Source of the DNA: a virus
Virus record (IMG/VR): IMGVR_UViG_3300027815_000003
Coordinates: 64,001-128,000 of that record
Strand: one strand, 5' to 3'
Length of the DNA: 64,000 nt
Shown here: positions 36,579 through 46,460 of the stretch, one piece after another
Position numbering within the stretch: the first letter of the stretch is position 1
Layout: each line of letters starts with the position of its first letter
Position numbers and translations under genes: made by a program
The notes under the pieces: model-generated
Databases searched by the model: none
What the model was told of the DNA's origin: nothing
The model's input: only the letters and a program-made list of their open reading frames with translations

Positions 36579-38279
36579 TTAACAATAAGTCCCTATAGAA
36601 TCGACAATTACTATACTTAAATCTCTAAAAAGTATTTCTACTGGAACTTGTACTGGATTTTCATCTGGATTTATATTATGTGGTGCTCTTAATATAAAAG
36701 ATCCATTAGCATTTATTCCAGTTGCAGCAGCAGACGGAGGAATAGTTATTGTAATGGTATCACTTGTCCCTCTTGTAAATGTTAGTGTTATATCAAATCC
36801 TTGCATTGCTGTCCCATAAACACCTTCAAGTAATAATTCTTTCCATAATGTAGGTGTTGTCGCTGTTGTCGCTATAGAATCTGGCATAGCAATAGTGGCG
36901 GACATTTTATATTCTCTTCGTCTTTCTAATATTTCGTATGGTGAACGATTAAAATATTCATTAGCGATATAATATCTTGGATCTAAATTATTATTTATTT
37001 CTATACTAAAATTTCTTATTCTTGCTAGTGTTTGTCCAAAATATGTAATAGAACCTTGTGAAAAATAATATGGTTCTGTCGTTGGATAACTAGCTTCTCC
37101 TAATGCTCCACCAGAATGAGGTCTACTTCCGCCTACAGCTTGAAAATCAGAGGATTCTTGTGTTGGGTCTATCAATGAACCAGTATATCTGGTAATGTCT
37201 GTAGTCCCACCTCCGACATCTTCGTGATAACGTTGATTATGAAGTAACCCTAAGAACTGAACTTCATCCCAACTCATTCTTAACATTCCGCCTTCTTCGG
37301 CAGAAATAGTAGCTCTTCCCACTTTACCACCAAAATATCTACGTAAGAAATCATTTGCTACTGTCTCTGAAGAGTCCCTCATAAGGATATTCCAGGACAT
37401 AGCGGGTAGGCCAAAATCACTTATAATCGTATGTGTAAATGTCGTACTTGCGGTACATTCACTTACAGTTACACCATTGGCATGAGCTATTTGCAATGGA
37501 TAATCTATAATTAATGTGGTTGTTCCACCACCAGAAATAATTTGTCTTACCTCTGGGTTTGTTCCACTCCATTCTATTTCCACAAATTCTCCATTAGCAA
37601 AAGTAGAAGCCCCAGCAACAGTAACATATCTTTGTCCTACTCTAGTCCCACCAGTTTGGCTTACGGTAGATGAACCGCCAGAAACAGCAGTAGCTACGGT
37701 GCGAACTCTCCCTATAGGGAATCTTAATGGGAATCCATTAAGTAATATAAAATTAGGTACTGAACCAGAAAACGCTTGTTTACCTCTATAAGCGACAGTA
37801 AAATTTCTATCAGAAGAAGTCCCAAGAAAATAATATGGTGTTATTTCTGGTGTCATATCTGGGGCACTTATAGATTCCCAGGCACCAGGAATAAAAGTAA
37901 CTAATGAATCCCCAGCTAAATTATTTAACGTAGAGACTTTTTCATCTATTGCTTCATTATCTAAATGAGAAAAACCAGTTGGTGCATCTAAGAAAATAGT
38001 ACCAGTAGCTCCAGTACCATTATATGTACCCAATGATGCTACCTTTCTTAATTCATAATTACCAGTAGCGGTTCCACCTAAAGCAATATAGTTCCCTGCC
38101 GCTAATGTACCAGAAGCCCCATCAAATGTTATTCCTCTGCTCCCTACGGGTAAATCATTTGCCATATTAATTAATGCTGTCCAGTCACCAGCATCATCTA
38201 TAGCAGATATGTAATCTGGATATCCTTCTCCAGAAGCAAAGCTAAAAACTGACTGGTCTGAACGATAAATGACGCTCAT
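36579..38279 (-). CDS. Major tail tube protein with inserted surface domains
   Basis: Tube-like PYYFSQGSIT...RNFSIEINNNL...REYKMSATI; upstream of chaperone. Confidence 0.75.
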   Translation of the reverse strand: MSVIYRSDQSVFSFASGEGYPDYISAIDDAGDWTALINMANDLPVGSRGITFDGASGTLAAGNYIALGGTATGNYELRKVASLGTYNGTGATGTIFLDAPTGFSHLDNEAIDEKVSTLNNLAGDSLVTFIPGAWESISAPDMTPEITPYYFLGTSSDRNFTVAYRGKQAFSGSVPNFILLNGFPLRFPIGRVRTVATAVSGGSSTVSQTGGTRVGQRYVTVAGASTFANGEFVEIEWSGTNPEVRQIISGGGTTTLIIDYPLQIAHANGVTVSECTASTTFTHTIISDFGLPAMSWNILMRDSSETVANDFLRRYFGGKVGRATISAEEGGMLRMSWDEVQFLGLLHNQRYHEDVGGGTTDITRYTGSLIDPTQESSDFQAVGGSRPHSGGALGEASYPTTEPYYFSQGSITYFGQTLARIRNFSIEINNNLDPRYYIANEYFNRSPYEILERRREYKMSATIAMPDSIATTATTPTLWKELLLEGVYGTAMQGFDITLTFTRGTSDTITITIPPSAAATGINANGSFILRAPHNINPDENPVQVPVEILFRDLSIVIVDSIGTYC

Positions 38280-38303
38280 ATTATTTTAACTCCTATATTT
38301 TAG

Positions 38304-38429
38304 TTAACCCATTATTAATATTTTTATTCTTTCTATAAAAGAATATCTATGTTTTTTATCACAAGTTTTACCCTCATAATGAAAGACTAATTTTTTACCT
38401 TTTGTACAATTCAAACAGTAAGCAGCCAA
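38304..38429 (-). CDS. 41-aa Zn-binding microprotein (TTG start, not in track)
   Basis: MAAYCLNC...TCDKKH; abuts upstream stop. Confidence 0.45.
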   Translation of the reverse strand: MAAYCLNCTKGKKLVFHYEGKTCDKKHRYSFIERIKILIMG

Positions 38430-38894
38430 TTATACTGTACGCTCCATTAACTCAGCACTGTTCAGAAGTTCTACCTCTATCATACCTAGCCACATTGTTA
38501 GATTCTCTTCATAAATTTCATTATAGGATTTGAACTGCACGCGCTGAAATCCAACTGTTGAATGCATCTTAAAGTGTAAAATTCTTCTTATTTCTGCCAT
38601 TAAATTATAAAGCCTTTGTCTACTAGCAATAGAGTACAAATCTATGTTTACAAAATAAGTTCTATGTGCATATGTCCAATTGCCTATAGGCTCTTCTACC
38701 ATTTCCCCACCAGGGTAAATAACTACTAAATCTTGTCTTCCCTGTGTTGGAACAAGTAATCTATCTAAATCAATACGAAGTGTAGTGCCGTCTGAACCTA
38801 AATCAATAAATTTAGGACGGGCGATGTTAGTTTCATTCCATGCTTGGATTAAAATATCTTTTATTTCTTTTGCGGGTATTATTTCATCTGTCAT
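38430..38894 (-). CDS. Tail terminator / completion protein
   Basis: Between adaptor and tube; VNIDLYS...LMAEIRRIL. Confidence 0.6.
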   Translation of the reverse strand: MTDEIIPAKEIKDILIQAWNETNIARPKFIDLGSDGTTLRIDLDRLLVPTQGRQDLVVIYPGGEMVEEPIGNWTYAHRTYFVNIDLYSIASRQRLYNLMAEIRRILHFKMHSTVGFQRVQFKSYNEIYEENLTMWLGMIEVELLNSAELMERTV

Positions 38895-40058
38895 TTAAAA
38901 AACTACCCAAGATTTTAATCTATCAAGTTGTTCTTCTATCTCGTCTTTATAGATTTTTATCTTATCTGCAAAACTTACATTATCACCGCCGCGAATTAAT
39001 AATATAGAGCGGTCACTATTATTAAGAAGATTTATTGCAGCTAATTTACGACATATATCAAAAACCATTGGCCCTTGTTCAACATCAGCATAAATATCTT
39101 TTCCGTAAAAATAAGATATTCTTATTGGTTTATTAAACTCACCCATCCCCCATTGCCAAATTGGGCCTATAAAACGTGCAGGAAGTAAAAAATATCTAGA
39201 AAAATGGACTGTTCCTGTATCCCTTACTAGAAAATAATCCCCAGTTCTTCCTTCAGTTTTTGTTTCCCAACCACTCCCATCCCAAATTTGAAGTCTTGCT
39301 ATCCTTCTTATATCTCTTTCTACTAAATCTATACCATGTATATTAAAATCATATTCTTCATCTATTTTATAGTTTAGTCTCCATGATTTTTGTGTGGTAT
39401 AATCAATTCTTGATTGTGCAGCTCTAATATAATCTTCAACAGAACTTCTTGTTGGGTTTGTGGTAGAATCAAAATCTACATCTAATTGTAATATATTAGC
39501 TACATCTGTTGGACTACAATAATAAGCATAAGGTCTCATTTGTATTTGATTTATTGTTGGGCTTCCTGCAGTTGATGCACTTATTCTAATCCAATATCTT
39601 ATTGTTGTATCTGGAACTGTAGCAGTATGTGGACTTGTGTTAGAAAAAGCTCTAGAAGACCAATTTCTTAATCCATAAAATCCAACTGCTCCATGACCGC
39701 TAAAATCAAAAGCATTATCACCGTCTGAAATTATTGTCTGTCCAAATTCTCCAGGTATAAATTGAGTCCATGTATTATCTGCCCTGGAATATTCATATGT
39801 TAATGTTCCACAGGTAGCAGCACTAGACATAATGAAAGCTGACATATCAAATTTTGATGAACTTCCCAGATACAAATAAAATCCAGATATACTAAAAATA
39901 GTAAATGCTGTTCCGCCATATCTTATAGCTTCTATTGTGTTATTTGTATATCCAGTAGAAGGGCTATACCCCCATACCGCTTCAAAATAGTTTAAACTTT
40001 CAAGGCTAGTTGCGGGGGTAGTTAATGGCGTTCCTTGCCCTTGTCCACTACTTGTCAT
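38895..40058 (-). CDS. Head-tail adaptor with N-terminal extra domain
   Basis: YCSPTDVANIL...VEDYIRAAQSRID helical adaptor signature. Confidence 0.65.
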   Translation of the reverse strand: MTSSGQGQGTPLTTPATSLESLNYFEAVWGYSPSTGYTNNTIEAIRYGGTAFTIFSISGFYLYLGSSSKFDMSAFIMSSAATCGTLTYEYSRADNTWTQFIPGEFGQTIISDGDNAFDFSGHGAVGFYGLRNWSSRAFSNTSPHTATVPDTTIRYWIRISASTAGSPTINQIQMRPYAYYCSPTDVANILQLDVDFDSTTNPTRSSVEDYIRAAQSRIDYTTQKSWRLNYKIDEEYDFNIHGIDLVERDIRRIARLQIWDGSGWETKTEGRTGDYFLVRDTGTVHFSRYFLLPARFIGPIWQWGMGEFNKPIRISYFYGKDIYADVEQGPMVFDICRKLAAINLLNNSDRSILLIRGGDNVSFADKIKIYKDEIEEQLDRLKSWVVF

Positions 40059-40893
40059 TATTCAAAACTCCAATTTTTATTAAATCTTTTTCAAATAAAA
40101 CTTTTATATTATATCCATTTTCAATAGCAAAATTTATTTTATTTTGTGCCAATGGATACATATAACCTTTAACTTCATGCCATTCATTTATTTCTGGTAA
40201 GTAGAAATCTGGGAAATACCACCCAAATGATGTTTTGATAGGATTCTTTTCATATATCCAGTTAATATTATTTTTATCTAAAAATAGTGCATATTTTACT
40301 TCCCAATTTGAACGCATAGAAATAATAATATCGTTGTTTTCATATTTAAACTTTTTATGCCCAGAATTTTGTTGGCGTTTTTTTATTGATTCTTCTGTTT
40401 GTTTTTTTCCAGTATTTATCTTTTTTAATAACTCTTTTGTTTTTTGTGAAACAGGATGACCCTTTAAACAAATAGACGTTAAGTTATTTTTCATGTAAAT
40501 AGATTGATTTTCAGAAAGTTTTTTTAATCTTTTATCAAATTCTTTAGTCAGCCCCTTATTCCAGGAAATTGTTTTACCCGTTTTATGATTATATATATTA
40601 GCGCATAATGTAGAGCAAAAAATACTTTTGTCTTTTTCACATTCTCTTTCTTTTAGTTCTTTGTTATTTCCACAATTTAAACAAATTAATGTTCTATAAT
40701 AATATGGGCCTTTTTTATTATGACCAGATATATAATTATTCCTACATATTTCACCACACCCACATTTACAATAATTTTTTGGCAATAGTTCTAATAATTT
40801 ATACTTATTATCTTTATGAATATTATCAAAATGCTGTAAAATATTTTTAAATATTCTTTTACAAGATGGACATTCATTTACCCATTCACTCAT
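40048..40893 (-). CDS. Free-standing endonuclease (C2H2-like + CGCG + NUMOD3-like + PD-(D/E)XK), no RHH partner
   Basis: MRSNWE...YFPDFYLPEINEWHEVKG. Confidence 0.75.
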   Translation of the reverse strand: MSEWVNECPSCKRIFKNILQHFDNIHKDNKYKLLELLPKNYCKCGCGEICRNNYISGHNKKGPYYYRTLICLNCGNNKELKERECEKDKSIFCSTLCANIYNHKTGKTISWNKGLTKEFDKRLKKLSENQSIYMKNNLTSICLKGHPVSQKTKELLKKINTGKKQTEESIKKRQQNSGHKKFKYENNDIIISMRSNWEVKYALFLDKNNINWIYEKNPIKTSFGWYFPDFYLPEINEWHEVKGYMYPLAQNKINFAIENGYNIKVLFEKDLIKIGVLNNDK

Positions 40894-41180
40894 AATTTTT
40901 CACCATTAACACATTTGTATTGGATTTCGTATGCTCGTTTTTCCAATGGATGTTTATCGGCTGGCTTACCAATACAAATAATAGATAATATCAAATATAA
41001 TAAATACCAGGGAATTATACCAAATTTTTGTATTTGATTAAAATGATATTCTTCGTGTGCTCTAAGACATTTATCACCCTCATATTCTTTTTTGATGATA
41101 ATATAAGGATAAAGAGTTACCGCTGCAACCCACGAAGGGAACAACCATATCTTATTAACTATTTTATATTTTGGTTTCAT
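40890..41180 (-). CDS. Small HExxH zincin-like protein
   Basis: AVTLYPYI...AHEEYH...PLEKRAYE. Confidence 0.65.
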   Translation of the reverse strand: MKPKYKIVNKIWLFPSWVAAVTLYPYIIIKKEYEGDKCLRAHEEYHFNQIQKFGIIPWYLLYLILSIICIGKPADKHPLEKRAYEIQYKCVNGEKL

Positions 41181-41183
41181 TTT

Positions 41184-41645
41184 TTATTCATTATATCCAT
41201 AATCATAATAAGCGGGGAGTGATAAATTTTCTGGAATAATTACTTCATGGTTCCGATGTTTTTCTTCAATTTCTTTTGTGATTTGTTCTGGTGATTTTAT
41301 TAAACTAAATACTTGCTGTGCAAATGCTATTTTCGCATGATCATTTAATCTTGTAAATCCTGGCCCTTTTGTTGTGCCATTAACTGACATAGCTCTTGGT
41401 AATTCTATAAGACAATCATCTTCAATTTCGTTTATTAACAAATTTGCGAGATCTAATGTTACTAATGTTTCTGAAAAATCTGGATATATTTTTTCTGCTC
41501 TTCCATCTTCTATCATTTTAAACCATAAGCATAATAATTCTCTAAAATCCATTATATTTTGAGCTTCTAAATAAGATTCTTCTGGTTTGCTATAATCATA
41601 AATAGCTAAAAATACATCATGTATTGTTATATTTGTATAATCCAA
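41184..41645 (-). CDS. Hypothetical protein
   Basis: ORF track. Confidence 0.55.
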   Translation of the reverse strand: MDYTNITIHDVFLAIYDYSKPEESYLEAQNIMDFRELLCLWFKMIEDGRAEKIYPDFSETLVTLDLANLLINEIEDDCLIELPRAMSVNGTTKGPGFTRLNDHAKIAFAQQVFSLIKSPEQITKEIEEKHRNHEVIIPENLSLPAYYDYGYNE

Positions 41646-41667
41646 TTTATTACACCTTATAGTTAAA

Positions 41668-41808
41668 TCATAAACAAATGTTGGTTTTAGGTTTTAATTT
41701 TTCTAGATTATGATAAAAGTTTTTATTATGCGTAGGGTTAACAAAAATTCTACTTTCTCTTATCCCAGTTACTTCTTCACCACAACCACATTTACATAAT
41801 TTAATCAT
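41668..41808 (-). pseudogene. 46-aa remnant or mini-protein with CKCGCG motif
   Basis: MIKLCKCGCGEEVTG...; same motif as the nucleases, no catalytic domain. Confidence 0.5.
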
Positions 41809-41954
41809 GGTTTTAATGGACGAATCCTACGCCATGTACGAGACCATTGTGTCGGACAATGTAAAGGCTCAGGATCATAGTATTTTTCTGGATCTGGCTC
41901 CCTTACTGGTGATGGAACTTTTGTTGGTGTTTTAACGGGTGTCGTTGTCTGCAT
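41805..41954 (-). CDS. 49-aa Pro/Thr-rich peptide (not in track)
   Basis: MQTTTPVKTPTKVPSPVREPDPEKYYDPEPLHCPTQWSRTWRRIRPLKP; ATGA overlap downstream. Confidence 0.5.
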   Translation of the reverse strand: MQTTTPVKTPTKVPSPVREPDPEKYYDPEPLHCPTQWSRTWRRIRPLKP

Positions 41955-42387
41955 TTGAAATACCTTGTTTTGTTATAATATTTTTTGTTTTATCTTGGAA
42001 ATCTTTTGCATCTATAAATTCTTCATTTATAAAATAATTTGAAATATTCCTTAAGGCTCTGTGTATTTTTACTTTAAGATTAAACCCAATAGATTCTTTT
42101 CCAAACATTATTCCACTATTAGCCATTTCTCTAAGTAACCAAAGTTCTTTTTCAGTAAAATTAATTTCAACTTCTTTTACCTTTTCATCTACACAAACAA
42201 GTAAAGCACTTCCTAATTTTAGAATTAATTCTGGTTCACTTGGCATTTCTGCATTAGAACCAAGTCCTCTCATTGGTTCAAAATAATTATCTTTACTTAC
42301 TCGACTAAGTAATGTTAGTCTATCGTCTATACTTATAATTTCATTTTGGGTGAGAGAAACTTTTTCTAATTTTTCATCTATTTCCAT
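41932..42387 (-). CDS. Hypothetical protein, paralog of 54724..55176
   Basis: LTQNEIISIDDRLTL / LLRE / IGFNLKVKI shared pattern. Confidence 0.65.
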   Translation of the reverse strand: MEIDEKLEKVSLTQNEIISIDDRLTLLSRVSKDNYFEPMRGLGSNAEMPSEPELILKLGSALLVCVDEKVKEVEINFTEKELWLLREMANSGIMFGKESIGFNLKVKIHRALRNISNYFINEEFIDAKDFQDKTKNIITKQGISNADNDTR

Positions 42388-42554
42388 TACTGTTTATCTT
42401 TTTCTTCTAACAATCTAGACAGAAGCTCTATTTGGCCCTGTATTTTTACCGCCATTATTGTTTTTTCTTGTTTAGCTTGTTCAAGCATTTGAACTTCTTG
42501 TGTTAAATTTTGTAATTTACTTTTGGCTTCGTCTATTTCTTTTTTTAAATCCAT
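42387..42554 (-). CDS. 55-aa coiled-coil protein (not in track)
   Basis: MDLKKEIDEAKSKLQNLTQEVQMLEQAK...; AAGG RBS; TAATG coupling. Confidence 0.65.
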   Translation of the reverse strand: MDLKKEIDEAKSKLQNLTQEVQMLEQAKQEKTIMAVKIQGQIELLSRLLEEKDKQ

Positions 42555-42577
42555 TACTATATTTTCCTTTCTTTATT

Positions 42578-42606
42578 ATTATACCACATATATCTTAATT
42601 TGTAAA
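42578..42606 (-). promoter_or_regulatory. sigma70/sigmaA promoter inside structural module
   Basis: TTTACA-17-TATAAT with TGTG. Confidence 0.8.
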
Positions 42607-42611
42607 GTATT

Positions 42612-42989
42612 TTACAATATCCCCATTTTTTTTAAATCTTCTCTAAAAAGTACAGAAAATTTTATATCTGGATAAAGTAATTTAAATTGCTCCATTTTTA
42701 ATTTTGCTTTAGGGAAAAGCCTTCCTTTTATTTCAACAATTTCTACTATTTTATTCTTTTTATGAATGAAAAAATCTGGGAAATAATAACCTACACTTGT
42801 TTTAAAACCTATTATTTCATATTCAAAATATATATTATTGTTTTCTAGATATCTAGCATATTTTACTTCCCAACCAGATCTCATTATTATTTTTCTTTTT
42901 TTATCTTTTGAGATATAAACATTCCTTGTTATTATTTTTTGTTTTCTTTTCTTAATATAATAATTTTTCTTATATCTTTTAAATACCAT
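42612..42989 (-). CDS. Stand-alone PD-(D/E)XK nuclease domain
   Basis: MRSGWE...YFPDFF...VEIKG. Confidence 0.7.
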   Translation of the reverse strand: MVFKRYKKNYYIKKRKQKIITRNVYISKDKKRKIIMRSGWEVKYARYLENNNIYFEYEIIGFKTSVGYYFPDFFIHKKNKIVEIVEIKGRLFPKAKLKMEQFKLLYPDIKFSVLFREDLKKMGIL

Positions 42990-42991
42990 TT

Positions 42992-43372
42992 TTATTCGTT
43001 TACACTTGACAAATTCCAGAAAAAATATTCAAATGGAATATTTTTACTAGAACCTTCCGCGACAAGTGACTGTATTGTAAATCTTATTTTGTATCCTAAC
43101 GGACATTTTTGACCAATAAGGATAGAATTATTAATTCCAGTTGGTGTATATATTATAGTATCAAAAGTTATATATGTTGAATTATTATTCATATCATATT
43201 TTGACCGAATTGTAGCGGTTTGTACTAAATTACTTAAATCAAGCCACAATCCTTTGAATCCCATATTTTGCGTAGGAGTAATTGTAAGTAATGTTGTTTC
43301 ATCTACACTAGATGTAAATGAAAATGGGGATCCTGTAACTACACGATTATAACTCCTAATATCTGCGCTCAT
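42992..43372 (-). CDS. Beta-sandwich virion protein (paralog family)
   Basis: ETTLLTITP...GLWLDLSNL...TIRSKY...RFTIQS. Confidence 0.55.
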   Translation of the reverse strand: MSADIRSYNRVVTGSPFSFTSSVDETTLLTITPTQNMGFKGLWLDLSNLVQTATIRSKYDMNNNSTYITFDTIIYTPTGINNSILIGQKCPLGYKIRFTIQSLVAEGSSKNIPFEYFFWNLSSVNE

Positions 43373-43376
43373 ATAT

Positions 43377-43859
43377 TTATTCCTTTAGTACAAATAACCA
43401 TGTTATTAATTTTTTACCATAAATAATAAAAGAAACACTTATTGCTAATAAAGAAATAATAAGTATCAAAAATTGATTTTGCCATAAATTAAAATAATCT
43501 AATGGTGTATAAAAAAATTGATATAGTGATAATAAACAAAAAGAAAATGAATTATCTATTTCCCATATGGTATGTTTCATTTGTTTGCAAGAAACATACC
43601 ATAAAAAAGAAAACAATAATCCAGTTCCAATACCACCAGCTAAAGATATTATATCTCTGTGTACTTTTGTTGGTATGGTATCAAAGGATATTGTCCCTGA
43701 TGCCTCCCAATTCAAATTTATTGTCGTTTGTACCCCTAAACTTTTTGCCGCTAAATAATGAAATGCTTCATGTATTGGGATTGATGCCCAAAACAAAACA
43801 AAAAGAGTTATAAAAAGAGAAAATGTTCTTTCTATAAAACTTCTTGTTATACTTTGCAT
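43377..43859 (-). CDS. Membrane HExxH metalloprotease-like (M50-like)
   Basis: PIHEAFH in TM helix; SLAGG; four hydrophobic segments. Confidence 0.65.
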   Translation of the reverse strand: MQSITRSFIERTFSLFITLFVLFWASIPIHEAFHYLAAKSLGVQTTINLNWEASGTISFDTIPTKVHRDIISLAGGIGTGLLFSFLWYVSCKQMKHTIWEIDNSFSFCLLSLYQFFYTPLDYFNLWQNQFLILIISLLAISVSFIIYGKKLITWLFVLKE

Positions 43860-44446
43860 TATACTGCGACATCTTCTTGATCTGGATTTGTAAACGAATA
43901 GTCGCTGTGTTTACGCCAGAAAAAATATGTTGAGTTATTATTAAGATATAAAACTACCTGTCCTGAAGAATTAGTTATTCCACTAGCTACTATATTTGCC
44001 CCAGCAGAATCCGTAGTTACCCAAACTTCTACATTTCCTATTGCTGCTGAAGTTATACTATTGGTCACTGTATAGGTGAATGTTACAGCTCCACTTCCTA
44101 GCCCTTCCACCCAGTACTCCCCCGAAATACTTCTATCTGCACCCTCTGTAGTTCCGCTTTGCATTGTAACCCTTAGTGCTTTAGAAACAGCTACAGGGAT
44201 ATCACCCTCTATTAATATCCCATCTTCCATTGCTGTATTCCAAGATATAGTCTGAAAAGTGCGATAATTTGTCCCATCAATTTGATATTTAACCCTAATA
44301 GTGTTGTTTTGGGTTAAATTAGTTGTGTCCAACCAAATCCCCCTTACAATAGAATTTGCAGAAGGTGTAAAGGTAAATACCGTCTGTTCACTCGTACCAG
44401 ACGAATGAGTATAACTGATTGATGTTGTTTGATAAGCAATTGGCAT
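43859..44446 (-). CDS. Virion protein: beta-sandwich + Ig/carboxypeptidase-regulatory-like domain
   Basis: EQTVFTFTP...GIWLDTTNL; IGNVEVWV...TNSSGQV. Confidence 0.55.
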   Translation of the reverse strand: MPIAYQTTSISYTHSSGTSEQTVFTFTPSANSIVRGIWLDTTNLTQNNTIRVKYQIDGTNYRTFQTISWNTAMEDGILIEGDIPVAVSKALRVTMQSGTTEGADRSISGEYWVEGLGSGAVTFTYTVTNSITSAAIGNVEVWVTTDSAGANIVASGITNSSGQVVLYLNNNSTYFFWRKHSDYSFTNPDQEDVAV

Positions 44447-44450
44447 GTTA

Positions 44451-46448
44451 TTAATACGCTGGAGGTAATAATTGTATGTAGTGTGCTGTAATTCTTACAG
44501 CACCAGCAGTAAAAGCCGCACCATTAGATGATGTTATTCTTACTGTTTCTGCAGAAGTTGTTATATATGGAACGGTAACGGTAAAACTCCCTACATTTGT
44601 GGATGTTGCTAGGGTTAAAGCAATAGAAGCACCCCATTTATCAGCATCACTTGTACTTCCTATATGTATTGCTGCTGGCCCAACAATAAGAGTTCTTACA
44701 AATATAGTAACACCAAAAACTAAAGAATTAGCTGGAATTAAATTTGTTGCATCTACAGTTGTCCCGCTTGTTGTATCTACAGAAGTTGTTGAATTTTGAA
44801 TATTCCAAGTTCCAGAATGATTCCCAGTCCTTCCCGTATCAGTGGTACTTCTTTCTCCAATTCGTAATCTATCACTTTGTATATCATAAATAGTATTATT
44901 ATATGTTTCTGCAGGAGACCCACTATCCCCACTTCCACCAGTTAATATTTGACGATTAGATAGATATAATTGTCCATTTGGACTAAATACATTATTTATA
45001 TGGATATCTCTTAATTCTGAAGAACCAGTTGCCCCCATCCCATTAGATTGTATTGTTTTAGTAATAGGTGTATCTTCTTGTATATTATTATATATTAATG
45101 ATTTATATGATGCGCCACCAGAAGCACTTACCATATATATTCTGGGTGTTGCAACTGGACTTCCATTTGTACTCCATCTAAAATTAGTTAATTCAACAGA
45201 CTGATGATAATTATTCGCACAATCTATTAAATATCCATCTGTAGCTCCGTCAAAACCAGAAGGTGTGTTATCTATTTGTGTTGTAACTTGGAAAGACCCC
45301 CCATCTTGAAAAAATCTACCTGTTCCGTTCATTTGACAAAGTTTCCAACATATTTCAGAACTAACATCATGTATTAGAGAGACTGGAGAAGCTGCTGTTG
45401 ATCCATCATCAGTAGCTAAATGTAAAAATATTACACCACTATTATCTACATATGAATTATTAACCTGCATTGTAGACGCATTTCTAAAAGCCGCTAATGT
45501 AGCAAAACTAATATCCATTTTATTAAATGTATTGTTTGCAAATTGGATTTTTGTAATGTTTACAGCATACTGATTTATTTTATTTATTCTTATATTTTCA
45601 AAATTATTTTCTGAATTGTTTGCATCTACACCCTCAAATCTAATCCCATCTGTAAAATGATAACCATCGTCACCATCTAAATTTTCGTAACATCCTATCC
45701 ATATATTCTTGAAATTATTAAATCTATTTGTTCCACCAGTAGATCTATTCATACTAATAGCACAAGTAGGTGTATTTGTTGCGTGTCCTCTAAACCTTAT
45801 ATCAGAAATAAAACATGAATAACAATCTGTTAGTCTGAGTATGGGCGAACCAGCAGCACCAGTCCAACGCAAAATAGTTCCCCCAGTTACGCCCCATCCA
45901 CTTCCTTGAAGAATTAAAGAATCATTAGATACAATTGTTATTGTCGCTGCTATAGCATAAGTTTTTGAAGAAAGAATAACTTTCCCATTACCAGTTCCCC
46001 CACCAGCAGCATCAATTGCCGCTTGTATTTGTACATTATCTGCCGTTCCATCTATTCCCCACCATTCTGGGTATATTTCATTCATTACGCCCACATTAAA
46101 TGTAACCGTCCCAGAACCACTAAATATTTGATGAGATTTAGAGATAATACTTCCATTTATAGTAAAAGTACGACTAACAGATAAATTTAATATAGCCCCA
46201 GGGATAAATTCTATTTCATCTGTTGCATCTAAAGTCAAATTAGATGTTTGTATATTATATGTCCCTGGTAAAAGAATAACTCTTCCGCCAACAGAAGGTA
46301 ATGCTGTTAGTGCAGCAGCAATTTCCGTTTCATCATTAGTCCCATCGCAAAAATAAGTTGCAGAGTTTAAGAAACTACTAGATGTATCACTAGCGGCGAC
46401 AATAAATGATGTTATTCCTATTGGTGAGATACTTCCGAATCTAGGCAT
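44451..46448 (-). CDS. Tailspike-like protein, parallel beta-helix (pectate-lyase-like)
   Basis: DGTNDETEIAAAL, GGRVILLPGTY, repeated N/I-rich beta-helix rungs. Confidence 0.75.
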   Translation of the reverse strand: MPRFGSISPIGITSFIVAASDTSSSFLNSATYFCDGTNDETEIAAALTALPSVGGRVILLPGTYNIQTSNLTLDATDEIEFIPGAILNLSVSRTFTINGSIISKSHQIFSGSGTVTFNVGVMNEIYPEWWGIDGTADNVQIQAAIDAAGGGTGNGKVILSSKTYAIAATITIVSNDSLILQGSGWGVTGGTILRWTGAAGSPILRLTDCYSCFISDIRFRGHATNTPTCAISMNRSTGGTNRFNNFKNIWIGCYENLDGDDGYHFTDGIRFEGVDANNSENNFENIRINKINQYAVNITKIQFANNTFNKMDISFATLAAFRNASTMQVNNSYVDNSGVIFLHLATDDGSTAASPVSLIHDVSSEICWKLCQMNGTGRFFQDGGSFQVTTQIDNTPSGFDGATDGYLIDCANNYHQSVELTNFRWSTNGSPVATPRIYMVSASGGASYKSLIYNNIQEDTPITKTIQSNGMGATGSSELRDIHINNVFSPNGQLYLSNRQILTGGSGDSGSPAETYNNTIYDIQSDRLRIGERSTTDTGRTGNHSGTWNIQNSTTSVDTTSGTTVDATNLIPANSLVFGVTIFVRTLIVGPAAIHIGSTSDADKWGASIALTLATSTNVGSFTVTVPYITTSAETVRITSSNGAAFTAGAVRITAHYIQLLPPAY

Positions 46449-46460
46449 CTTTTGTTCCTT

